A stretch of 64,000 nucleotides of DNA, from the IMG/VR virus record IMGVR_UViG_3300032007_000017. One strand, written 5' to 3'. Source of the DNA: a virus. Taxonomy: Duplodnaviria > Caudoviricetes. Under the pieces are notes generated by a model. That model had not been told where the DNA came from, ran no database searches, and was given only the letters and a program-made list of their open reading frames with translations. Numbering within the stretch: position 1 is the stretch's first letter; each line of letters starts with the position of its first letter. A program made the position numbers and the translations under genes. Of this stretch, positions 6,895-16,461 are shown piece by piece.

Positions 6895-9423
6895 AGAATT
6901 TAGGTACAGAAGTCTTACCAACAGCATCAGGAAGTTTGAGTGTTAAATTATAGATTGCTTGATAAGCTTCATTACCACAGTTACGAATCGGAGTTCCTCC
7001 CATACCAATAAGATTAAAGTTCTGATTCATAACATGCTCGAGTTCCTCATTAGCCTCATCTGTGTATATTGGTTTCACGGTAATCGTATCGCCATCGTAA
7101 TCTAGATTAGTAAATAGTATTTACGGTAAGATAAATATTATTTTTTTTTACTTAAGTTCGCAATTCTTAAGCGCTTTCGCTTCTCATACTTTCGTATGAG
7201 TATAGATCATATGTTCACCCTTCTCTTTCGAGTTAGGGGCAGGATTTTTCTTCTGCCGTAAGCTTGCAGTTCTACTCTCCCGTCAGGAGATGATCGTTGA
7301 ACCTTCACCATTTTACAGGCGAGTGGCTGCTGAATTCCCATTTGCGATACCTGAGTTTTAGGATTTAACCATGACCCATCCTAATTACTTTTTTCTACTT
7401 TCGTAACCATCACGCTTGCCTTTTCAAGCTACGTTGTGGTGAATTAGGCTTTAGGGATTGCCAGCAATTAACCCTGGAAACTTACTCATTACTGAATAAG
7501 CTGAGATTACCATTAGGCTACTCCATTAAGGCCATCGAGATACAAATTACAGATATTAGCCGAGTCTACAAACATATTGGATGTATTGTTTCCAATATCA
7601 TCCTGGCGTATATATGGATAATTCTTATAGAACTTTCCATCTATTACCATAGGCTCTGTTTTATTGGTAGAGTTTACATGGATTCCAATAGGAAATTGAT
7701 TGTAGATAGAATCTCAATTGTGTTCAACTAGGGTCGCTAATCCTAGCCCGCTTTATTCAAGCTGCACTATGTCACCATAGTAGTTCAGACTATATCACCA
7801 TCTCAGAGAGATGTTCCGCATTTCGACCCGCTTGGGCCTACGTCATAAAGACTAGTCGTTGAGCCTTCCTAGCACATCCTTTTACTCTAGGCTTGGTTGC
7901 TGATTGTCTCATTTTGAGAGTTTCCAGCAATTAACGGAATTTTCTTAATAGATCGCTCTATTAAGCCACGAATTCATGGGATATCTACATATAATAGCTT
8001 TACGACCTTCAGCAGCTTCTACAGTTGCAATATAGATCAGGTCACACCATGTAAACCAACGTTCAACAATAGGCATATTGCCTACACCAGATTCGTATTC
8101 TTCTTTAGTTACATTGAATCCTTTAAAATGAAGGTAGATCTTTCTACCATCAACAGTTTCAACTTCAATAGGAAGTAATCTGGTCGAATAACCATTGCAG
8201 AAACGGTTAAGTTCTTTACGCAATCTCTCTTCAGAAAATTGCATTTGATAGTCTTTAATATAGACTATCTCTTCTTTTCCTGTCTTGGGATCAATACAAG
8301 GAACTCCTTTATTTCCAGAGAAAGCGTTTTCAAAATACCTCTTCATATGGAAGATGACAAAAGGAGTAAAGTTTGCTGCTGCTGATGCAAGAGGAATGGC
8401 AGCATAATCCAAGTCAGCCTGCATGTCTTCGATCTTTTCAACCTTCAATTCAGGGGCTGACATAACAAGACGAGAAGCATAGTCGGTGGTCTTAGACATA
8501 ACAGAACGTCTAAGAACACCAAGCTTACCAGGAACATTAGGTCCTGTAGTAGTACCATTAATAGTAGTACCATTTCCAAAATAGTCAAAGATCTGAACAA
8601 TCGACATTTGAATACGACCACGAGTAGCTCCAGCCATATCCAATCCATAGTCAGTAGATTCTTTAAGAGCTTTAGTAGCGAGAATCAGATTACGATAGAG
8701 TTGATTAATCTCTCCGATAGAGATTCTGCCACCCTTAGATGTATCCACATCTCGTAATGCAGCAGGAATAACAACTATCTTTCTAATCCATGCACCAGGA
8801 TCTCGTTTACAAGCATTGATAAAATCAACGTCTTGATCTCTACGGATTGATGCTGTTCTTGCTACATTGATTTTCTCAAAGTTATCCTTTAAGAACTTCA
8901 ATCCAGTCTTACCGTGTTCAGGATCTTCTACCAATACTCCATTATCAGTAATGGAGAAATATTTCGTTTCATTAACACAAGCAGGAATCTTCTTATCAAG
9001 CTTAGACCATACTTTATAGAGTTCTGGACTCATAAACCACTCATGAAGATCAATATAAGCACAAGTGTTCATACGATCATACATAGTGATTCCAAAGATC
9101 TCATTGGATAATAGTCCATCTGAGGTAGGAATATTATTTCTAGAGAAAGTGATTGGATTGGTAATGGGCTTTAAATCATTAACCGAAACCAATCTATCTA
9201 CATCTAGAAGATTCACTCTCAGATGCTTAGGTCTCACTTGATTTCCATCTTCATACAGAAAGTTTTCAATCAAGAATCTCATGAAACCTTCTGCTTTATC
9301 TGCACTTTTTACTTTAGTAGGAGTATTATACCTGTCATCATAGTTTTCATGCTTGGCAAATAATTCAGGATCTTCATTTCCTAAATATCCACCATTTCTA
9401 ATACTATATGGTAAAATACCCAT
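6893..9423 (-). CDS. DNA-directed RNA polymerase beta'-like subunit (N-terminal plus catalytic part; probably virion RNAP). Three exons: 9423-7976, 7714-7521, 7101-6893; about 616 aa spliced
   Basis: SDGLLSNEIFG (cf. DGLFCERIFG), GKLGVLRRSVMSKTTDYASRLVM (cf. [23 protein letters not shown]); splicing restores CRYPIDSIYNQFP and DGLNGDYDGD; late promoter 9442-9453. Confidence 0.9.
7102..7520 (-). mobile_element. Group I intron 2 inside the DYDGD active-site codons (~419 nt, no ORF)
   Basis: P AATTGCTGGCAA, Q AATTCAGCAGCC, R GTTCAACGATCA, S GAACATATGATCT; guide GTAATCTC complementary to the ligated junction GAG|ATTAC; boundary uncertain by 1 nt. Confidence 0.88.
7715..7975 (-). mobile_element. 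Group I intron 1 in the RNAP gene (261 nt, no homing endonuclease ORF)
   Basis: P AATTGCTGGAAA, Q AATCAGCAACC, R TCAACGACTA, S GATATAGTCTG; 5' exon CCAU pairs with GUGG (U.G pair); terminal G at 7715; removal restores the reading frame. Confidence 0.92.
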
Positions 9424-9462
9424 AAAATCACCTACCTTTATTAGTGAAATGTTGACGGTATC

Positions 9463-9492
9463 AAAAGAGAGCCTCCGAAGAGGCTCTCTTTT
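9463..9492. terminator. Intrinsic terminator
   Basis: AAAAGAGAGCCTC-cgaa-GAGGCTCTCTTTT. Confidence 0.85.
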
Positions 9493-9495
9493 CTC

Positions 9496-9834
9496 TTATT
9501 GCTTCTTAATGGATACTGAGACGATACGCTGATCACAAACTGACGTGATATTATAGTTCATACCATATGCCTTATAGGTTATGCCATTAATATAACTATT
9601 CAGTCTGTTTGCAGCAGTCTTATTCTTTGCTTTCACTTCAAAGCCAGTAGATCCATTATGTGTAGTAGAGATACTGTAGTTTGGGTTCCCACCAATAATT
9701 CTATACAGCACCATCAGTTTCCCGAAATTGTGTGTATAGTCATTTGTAGGATCTCCCATGTCTACTCCACACATGAAAGCAGGAACTCCGGAATATAACA
9801 CCAAACCGAAACCCTCCTTATGATAATTCATCAA
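9496..9834 (-). CDS. Hypothetical protein
   Basis: 112 aa, overlaps the end of the upstream gene in the same late operon. Confidence 0.7.
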   Translation of the reverse strand: MMNYHKEGFGLVLYSGVPAFMCGVDMGDPTNDYTHNFGKLMVLYRIIGGNPNYSISTTHNGSTGFEVKAKNKTAANRLNSYINGITYKAYGMNYNITSVCDQRIVSVSIKKQ

Positions 9835-10222
9835 ATATTTCTTCCATGCCAGACATCTTTAAATCAGCTGCTCTGGCTTGTGCATCAGAAATTTGAGGGG
9901 ATTCAGATTGATTCTGTTTCATTGGAATGGGAGAGGATTTAGGACGACCTCTCTGTACCGCAGCATTTTTTCTCGATATCCTAGCTTCCTCTTCTGCTTT
10001 TGCTTTCTCTTCTGCTTCTCTCTTCTCTTGCTCTTCTTTCTGAGCTTGAGAAATCTCAAAAGCATTACGATATAATTCGTGAAGTAAGTTAAGAGGCATA
10101 TCGTAAAGATTTGTAGGATCGATTCGACGGTAAACTGTACAGATTGTATCTATATAGTTTATAATGCCGCGATAGCTCCAGTTTGGTGTCGCCGAAAAAG
10201 GATCTGCTGAGCTGTGACATCT
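9818..10222 (-). CDS. Probable -1 frameshift extension of the 829-aa protein (G/GT chaperone-like); the ATG at 10099 lacks an RBS
   Basis: Frame is open from about 10222 with no start codon until 10099; overlaps CTT TTT CGG CGA at the end of the upstream gene. Confidence 0.6.
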   Translation of the reverse strand, partial: RCHSSADPFSATPNWSYRGIINYIDTICTVYRRIDPTNLYDMPLNLLHELYRNAFEISQAQKEEQEKREAEEKAKAEEEARISRKNAAVQRGRPKSSPIPMKQNQSESPQISDAQARAADLKMSGMEEIFDELS

Positions 10223-12648
10223 TCAGCTTCGATCTTAGCACCACACTTGGGACATTCAGTAGCAGGAATCTGATAAGTCATATCCTCGCTTGTCTGGAAG
10301 AGTTCAGCAATTCTTGTCCTAAGCTCGAAATAGTTATCAGAAGGCAGGGTCTGAATAATATCCGAAAGAATTGTAATCTTCTTCGCAGTACTCTTTGCAG
10401 GATTGGACTTATCATAACCGAAATCAATCGGCTTAAGCTTCATAGACTCCTCATCGATCATATAGATAGAATCGATGAAAGACATCGTATCAAGAAGGTC
10501 TTCATACTTCTCAAGGAATTCCTCAGACAGAGAGGCAGTTTCCATTACCATATTCCAGATGGAAGGATCTTTCAGTCCAACCACATACTGATCAGAGATC
10601 TGATGTAGTTCAACTTCATATCCAGCAATGGAGAAGTCTCCACTCTCGAAGATCTTACGAATACGTGCCTTAGCCTCTTCGCTAGCATACTTAACCATGT
10701 CGGTATCGAAGTCATAATCCTGGAGCCAGATGTGGTGGCATTCAGGGCACTCATAGTGGACATAGTTAGAGCCGGCGAATGTAGCCTTATGAATAGCAGC
10801 ATAGATATGATCGATATCAGAGAATCGAGTTACCTTAAGCCACTCATCAAAGGTATTCGGCTTAGGAGAAGTAATATGACGATAAATAATACCATAGATC
10901 TGTCTAAAGGTATTAATACGATTCTTGGTGCTGTTCTGAGGATTCATCGAGAAAAGCTCAGGACCATTGACTCCACGAACAGAGATACCCTTACCTGCAT
11001 TAGGAAGAACATGATCTGCAGTATTTACATCTTTGATGGAGAAACCAGCAACCTGAGAAGCACTAATAGGAGTATCATCGATTGTGAAGTTAGACAGATC
11101 AAGACGCTTCATCACCTTGATATTTGCCTTAACTGCACTCTTCATATCCTCAAGAATCTCTTCATCAGTACGAACCTGTGCATCTTCACCAAGTTCGAGC
11201 TCAAGATCATTCTTGATATTGCTGATATTGATAGCACCTTCCTTAGCAGCTTCTCCCTCATAAGAACTCTCAATCACGAGCTTCTTCTTAGGAGTTTCAA
11301 CAGGAGCAGGTTCAACTTCAACCTTATGCTCTTCTGTATGAGCTTTATTAGGAATTACAAAAGTCTTATTGATTGACTCTTCTTCAGGTTCTTTGGAATC
11401 TGTCTCTTCGTTAGCAAGTTCTTTCAAAGCTGTAGCTTCATCGTTCTTTACAGCATTATCAAACTCATCGGGCTGTTCAGTTACAGCTTCAGTATTGGTT
11501 TCAGGAGTATTCAACTTAACTCCCCCCTTGCTTGCTAATTCGATGGCTTTCTGTGCAGTCGGCATATCAGAAGGAAGCTTCAGCACACGAATGTCATCGT
11601 TAAAATCAAGGTATTCATACAGATAACCTCTATGGAAGAAGTTATTATAAACACCTTCTACCGTATCATTAGGTTCAAGAACATGGATACCTGCAATATT
11701 CTCGATATTGACTTCGAGAATACCAACAAATCCATTTTTCTTTGCAACTAAGAACGGATGAACTGCGACTTCATTGGTAGCATTATTATGCATTACAATA
11801 GCCCACAGTTCTGCATATACATTTTGCTGCTCCAAGAATTTACGAGCATGGAGACAGCGATCGAAATAGTCAGCAGCAGTAACTTTGTTCTTGACATAGT
11901 TATATGCCTCAAGACAACTGTTTACAAACTGCTGCTCATTCTGAGATTTATCAACAGAAGCAACTTTTCCGCCGATCTTGATTGTCTTTTTAATAGACTC
12001 TTCATTATCGTCTTTCTGCTCACCATTGATCTGTCTTTCGCGTTCTGCATCGAGTTCTGCATCAGACTCAGGATGCGCTACTGTCTTACCTTCAGCCTTT
12101 GCTTCAACGAACTCTTCATACTGTTTCGCTGTAAGAGCATCTACTCGTTCAGTAATACTCTCAAGCTCAGCATCTACTCCCAGTTCAAGATCGTTAAGAG
12201 CATCTTGCTCATCAAGATTAATAGTCTTATCAACCTTCTTGGGAAGGGATGCAGGATTGAAGGATTCCATACTACCCATATCTGCAGAAGGTACGAAATT
12301 ATTCATAACCTTCAGAGGAGTAGGATCAGGAACTTCTTCTTTGGGTTTGTATCCTCCATGAATTACCGGAGTAGCCTGAGCAGGTCTACCAGGATTAATA
12401 GGAGTACGTGCAGTTGATCTAACCTCATCTAATGATTGGATATTGCTATCACTATATTGAGGTTTAAAGGTAGGAGGAGTATCGAAGATAGGATCATACG
12501 CCTGTTCAGCTTGCTGCTGTCTTACCTGCTTCGCCTCTGCAGGACTGACATACTGACCTTGACGTTGAACTTTGCCCTTCGTTACATCAATCTTTTCGCT
12601 AGATGTGGTTTGCATTTGAATGATTTGCTTAGGATCAAAGTCAGGCAT
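10159..12648 (-). CDS. Baseplate/tail assembly protein with a C-terminal Zn-binding domain (T4 gp26/gp51-like)
   Basis: 829 aa; acidic disordered N-terminus; C-terminal CPEC...CPKC ending ILFRRHQ; directly follows the gp25-like gene. Confidence 0.55.
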   Translation of the reverse strand: MPDFDPKQIIQMQTTSSEKIDVTKGKVQRQGQYVSPAEAKQVRQQQAEQAYDPIFDTPPTFKPQYSDSNIQSLDEVRSTARTPINPGRPAQATPVIHGGYKPKEEVPDPTPLKVMNNFVPSADMGSMESFNPASLPKKVDKTINLDEQDALNDLELGVDAELESITERVDALTAKQYEEFVEAKAEGKTVAHPESDAELDAERERQINGEQKDDNEESIKKTIKIGGKVASVDKSQNEQQFVNSCLEAYNYVKNKVTAADYFDRCLHARKFLEQQNVYAELWAIVMHNNATNEVAVHPFLVAKKNGFVGILEVNIENIAGIHVLEPNDTVEGVYNNFFHRGYLYEYLDFNDDIRVLKLPSDMPTAQKAIELASKGGVKLNTPETNTEAVTEQPDEFDNAVKNDEATALKELANEETDSKEPEEESINKTFVIPNKAHTEEHKVEVEPAPVETPKKKLVIESSYEGEAAKEGAINISNIKNDLELELGEDAQVRTDEEILEDMKSAVKANIKVMKRLDLSNFTIDDTPISASQVAGFSIKDVNTADHVLPNAGKGISVRGVNGPELFSMNPQNSTKNRINTFRQIYGIIYRHITSPKPNTFDEWLKVTRFSDIDHIYAAIHKATFAGSNYVHYECPECHHIWLQDYDFDTDMVKYASEEAKARIRKIFESGDFSIAGYEVELHQISDQYVVGLKDPSIWNMVMETASLSEEFLEKYEDLLDTMSFIDSIYMIDEESMKLKPIDFGYDKSNPAKSTAKKITILSDIIQTLPSDNYFELRTRIAELFQTSEDMTYQIPATECPKCGAKIEAEDVTAQQILFRRHQTGAIAAL

Positions 12649-12666
12649 GTTGGACCTCCTTTTTGA

Positions 12667-13056
12667 TTACAAATCTGCTATAGCTTTGTAATCTGTTTTG
12701 TAAGAATTAGATTGAGTGTCATAAAAGATCGCAAATATGATACCATTTATCGTAATAGCGATGTAGTATGAGTTGTCCTTAATCGAGACATCCACATCTA
12801 CACCGGTAAGAAACGGTAAATATTTATCAATTTGCGTCTTGATACGAGAGGCTAATTCAGAAGATAATCCACCATCATCTACTCTAAATCGATAATTTGA
12901 AACAAGTCCTACTCCCATATCTGGATGAGATTGGAAGGTGCCAGGTTCCAATAATACCAATCTAGAGAGGAGAAGCATAATACCTTCTGCACCCTCGTAT
13001 ACTTTCGGATTATTGAATTCATCGATAGATAAAGAATATTCAGCAATTCCAGCCAT
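12667..13056 (-). CDS. gp25-like baseplate wedge/sheath initiator protein
   Basis: 129 aa; LLLEPGTFQSHPDMGVGL ... IKTQIDKYLP pattern of the gp25/GPW family; AACT-N6-TA promoter 13088-13099. Confidence 0.75.
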   Translation of the reverse strand: MAGIAEYSLSIDEFNNPKVYEGAEGIMLLLSRLVLLEPGTFQSHPDMGVGLVSNYRFRVDDGGLSSELASRIKTQIDKYLPFLTGVDVDVSIKDNSYYIAITINGIIFAIFYDTQSNSYKTDYKAIADL

Positions 13057-13157
13057 AGAAAGTCCTCCTCTCTTAACTAGAATAACTTAATATACAGTTT
13101 AAGATCTACAAAATAACTCATATATGAAATAAAAAGAAGAGGGAAACCCTCTTCTTT

Positions 13158-13862
13158 TTATTGTTTATAACGATCTTTCCTATAAGGATAAGATTCGTCA
13201 AAAGATTTCAGATCATTAGGAGTCATATAACCAAGCTCAATAGCTCTGATGATATCCTCACGTCTTCTAACGAAACGTTTAGGAGGTTCTTTTCCAGCAG
13301 CTATAGCTTCTTGCTTTCTTTCTTCTTTAATCATATTCCAAAATTCTTTAATGACTTTAGCCTGTTCGGTTTTATTGAGTTCATTAAAAGGAATATTGGA
13401 TTTATCAGATGATTTATTTTCTTCTTTGGATTTATGATATCTTTCTTTTTCCATTGCGGATTTTACACGCTTAGCCAGTAATTCACTTTCTTTCTTTTGC
13501 TTTTCAAGCAATTTCTTGCGTTCATCAGTAATTTTACTAGGAGGAACTTGTTTACCTTTGCTTTTATAATAAGTTGGATTAGGAGTTAAGTCTTCATCAG
13601 GAAGACAATACACTATTCCAGCATTTTTACTATTTATAGAAAACGATACAAGATGATCGCAATTATTACATAAATCAGAAGTATATTTATAAGGGCATTC
13701 TACAGCTCTAATATCTGGCCTATCAGCACCAAAATGATTAGTTAATGATACATATACCCCATTACAACGATGTGATAAAACATCAACGCCAGCTTTCTTT
13801 CTAGCCTCATTGACTTCTGCGTTGATTTTAAGTTTAGCGGTTTTGATTTGGTCTTTATTCAT
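13158..13862 (-). CDS. Basic Cys-containing late protein
   Basis: GAGGTG RBS before ATG 13862; late promoter 13889-13900; C..C..CNNC..C cluster and Lys-rich C-terminus. Confidence 0.7.
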   Translation of the reverse strand: MNKDQIKTAKLKINAEVNEARKKAGVDVLSHRCNGVYVSLTNHFGADRPDIRAVECPYKYTSDLCNNCDHLVSFSINSKNAGIVYCLPDEDLTPNPTYYKSKGKQVPPSKITDERKKLLEKQKKESELLAKRVKSAMEKERYHKSKEENKSSDKSNIPFNELNKTEQAKVIKEFWNMIKEERKQEAIAAGKEPPKRFVRRREDIIRAIELGYMTPNDLKSFDESYPYRKDRYKQ

Positions 13863-13888
13863 GATTAAACACCTCATCTTTACAAGAT

Positions 13889-13939
13889 TACTCAAATGTT
13901 GAGGCCCCTGTAGAATACAGCACCCGGAACATCTCAATA
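13889..13939. promoter_or_regulatory. Back-to-back late promoters AACA-N6-TA (example of 25 sites)
   Basis: Minus AACA-tttgag-TA 13900-13889; plus AACA-tctcaa-TA 13928-13939. Confidence 0.85.
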
Positions 13940-13964
13940 ATTATCGTACAAGGAGGTTATTTCC

Positions 13965-16457
13965 TTGAAATACAAAGTCAAAAAATATAAGAGCACCAGA
14001 AAGTATAGGTGCCCTTTCTGTAGGTTGACTGCAACCAGAGGAGATCTAGCTGCTCATGTTGAAAAAGAGCATGAGGATATGATCCCTGAAGGTTATAATG
14101 GAACAAGAGTAGTCTATGACTACATCAATAAGAAGAATTATGGAACTTGTTTGATCTGTAAGCAGCCTGTATATGAATGGGATGATAACGTTGCTAGATA
14201 TAAGAATATCTGCAATAGACCTGAATGTATGGAAGCTCTTAAGAAGAAAGCTCAGGGAAATCATTTTGATGATCCTGAAGTTCAGAAGAAGATGCTTGCT
14301 GCTAGAAAGATCTCTGGTTCTTATAAGTTTAGAGATGGTACTGTTCATTCTTATGTCGGAACCTATGAGTTGAGATGCTATGAATTCATGGATAGTATTG
14401 GTATTCAGGGTAAAGATATTATGTCTCCTGGTCCTACTATCTATTATGAATATAAGGGAGAAACTCATCCTTGGATTCTTGACTGGATGTATATTCCTGC
14501 TATGCTCTGCTGTGATGTCAAGGATGGTGGATCAAATCCTAATAATCGTCCTATGCTAGAGTATAGAGAAAAGCAGCTTGCTAAAGAAGCCGCTATTGAA
14601 AAGAATGGTCAGTATAACTACATTCGTTTGACCGATAATAACTTTGGTCAACTCTTATCTGCTCTTGCTGATATCAGATATGGCACGATCAATCATGATC
14701 CTATCAATCATATCTATATCAATGAATCTACTGTTCTTACAGAGAGAAATTTGATTGATGAGGAAGACATTTATTATAATAAAGATAAATGGGATAAGGG
14801 AGAAATCAATCTTTGTTTTATTACTGGGCTTGGTGGTTCCGGTAAATCTACTATGGCAAATGATATTAAAGCAGAGACATATTCTCTTGATGATTTGTAT
14901 GATGTACCAGATTATACCGATAAAGATATGAAAAATCATGGAGATATGTTTTATTCATTCTTCACAGGTGCTGGAAAGAAATATAGAATTCCGTATAAAC
15001 TTGAAGATTGGAATAGTTGGGGTCCTAAGAATGGATTCAAGGGAGACATCGGAGAATGTTATTATAAACCTCTGATAAAAACTTTTGTAAATTATGCTAA
15101 GGCTTATGCTAGTTCTCATAAATCTAAAAGATTTGTGATAGAAGGTATAGCATTATATACCTATATAGAACCTGCTGAGCTTAGAGATTATGCTGTATTT
15201 ATTAAAGGAACTTCCGCAGCTAAATCATTTATCAGAAGTTTAAAAAGAGATGTTAAAAATACCGAAGGACTTAAAGGAAAAATATCATTTACTTCACAAA
15301 AAATCAAAAATGCTAAGTTCTATTTAAAAGATGAAAAAATAATCGATAAATGGAGAAATTACTATAGAGGTATTAAAAATGAAGCATATCTTACGGAGGC
15401 CCAGAAGATCATTAAAGGAACTCTAAAAGACATGCAGAAGATTACTGATACTCTTACAGGTAATGATGAGGGTAAAGGTAATAAGTTGAAAGAGCAGAAA
15501 GAAACTATCTACCGTGATATTCAGTATGCTTCTAAAGATCATGGTGGATGGGTTGAAATGTACAGTTCAAAAGATTCTACCAAAGACTGTCAGATTGCTA
15601 GTATTGCTATTGATGTAGATCCTGAAGCTAGAGGTACTGGTTTGAGTGATAGACTTATCAATGGCGCTAAAGCTAGTATGAAGAAGCTTGGTATAGATCG
15701 TATTGAGTGGTACTGTAAGAAGACCAATATAGGTTCCTATAAACTTGCTAAGCGTTGTGGGTTTAAAGAAGAGCCTAAGCTTTGTAATAAGGAATGGTAT
15801 ACTCTCTATTATGGAAAAGAAGTTAAACTTGAAGTATCTGGAGGTATGCCTTCTGCTCATGCTCATGCAGATTATATCATTCCTAGAATGATGTCTGGTA
15901 TTGAGTTTGATGGTAGAACTGAACCGGCATATTATTTTGGTAACACTGGTTCTGAATATCTCGTCAGTTTTGATCCTGAGATGAATCCTATGTTTGATGA
16001 GAAGCAAAAGAAGCTCATTCAACTCTCATCTTGCTCTAGGATAGTCTGTCCTGGTAATAAACTGACTACGTTTACTGAGAAGCAATTAAGAGAAATGGGA
16101 GAACAAGGTCTTCTTGAAGCTCTTATTGGACATGAATTCAATGGATGGAGAAGTCTGTTTACTGAAGGAATTGTCAAAGTCTCAGAAGATATTGATAATG
16201 ATTTTGCTAGAATTCTTGTAGTGAATGGCCTTGTACAAGGAGTACGTCAGGCATTCTCTGAAGCTTTTGAAGTTCAGCAAGGAATTATCGATACAAAAGG
16301 AAGTGTTACAATTCATCGCGATAATGATGGATTCTTTGCTACCACTCCAGAAGATTTCTTTTTAACCTCTAATCATTATGAGACTGTAGATGAGCTTATG
16401 GATGTGGTTGATCTTATGAATTCCATGTATGATCATAAGCAATTAGGAAAGGTGTGA
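13965..16457 (+). CDS. Multidomain late protein: Zn fingers + PD-(D/E)xK-like nuclease + P-loop kinase-like + GNAT acetyltransferase
   Basis: CPFC..HVEKEH; CLIC..CNRPEC; DWMYIP..DVKDGG; ITGLGGSGKST; IDVDPEARGTGL..NIGSYKLAKRCGF; late promoter 13928-13939; AGGAGG RBS, TTG start. Confidence 0.8.
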   Translation: MKYKVKKYKSTRKYRCPFCRLTATRGDLAAHVEKEHEDMIPEGYNGTRVVYDYINKKNYGTCLICKQPVYEWDDNVARYKNICNRPECMEALKKKAQGNHFDDPEVQKKMLAARKISGSYKFRDGTVHSYVGTYELRCYEFMDSIGIQGKDIMSPGPTIYYEYKGETHPWILDWMYIPAMLCCDVKDGGSNPNNRPMLEYREKQLAKEAAIEKNGQYNYIRLTDNNFGQLLSALADIRYGTINHDPINHIYINESTVLTERNLIDEEDIYYNKDKWDKGEINLCFITGLGGSGKSTMANDIKAETYSLDDLYDVPDYTDKDMKNHGDMFYSFFTGAGKKYRIPYKLEDWNSWGPKNGFKGDIGECYYKPLIKTFVNYAKAYASSHKSKRFVIEGIALYTYIEPAELRDYAVFIKGTSAAKSFIRSLKRDVKNTEGLKGKISFTSQKIKNAKFYLKDEKIIDKWRNYYRGIKNEAYLTEAQKIIKGTLKDMQKITDTLTGNDEGKGNKLKEQKETIYRDIQYASKDHGGWVEMYSSKDSTKDCQIASIAIDVDPEARGTGLSDRLINGAKASMKKLGIDRIEWYCKKTNIGSYKLAKRCGFKEEPKLCNKEWYTLYYGKEVKLEVSGGMPSAHAHADYIIPRMMSGIEFDGRTEPAYYFGNTGSEYLVSFDPEMNPMFDEKQKKLIQLSSCSRIVCPGNKLTTFTEKQLREMGEQGLLEALIGHEFNGWRSLFTEGIVKVSEDIDNDFARILVVNGLVQGVRQAFSEAFEVQQGIIDTKGSVTIHRDNDGFFATTPEDFFLTSNHYETVDELMDVVDLMNSMYDHKQLGKV

Positions 16458-16461
16458 TATT

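Noticed and set aside
7945-9423. 492-aa ORF as a complete or truncated RNAP gene
   Set aside because: Its last codons are intron sequence; the frame continues in two downstream exons
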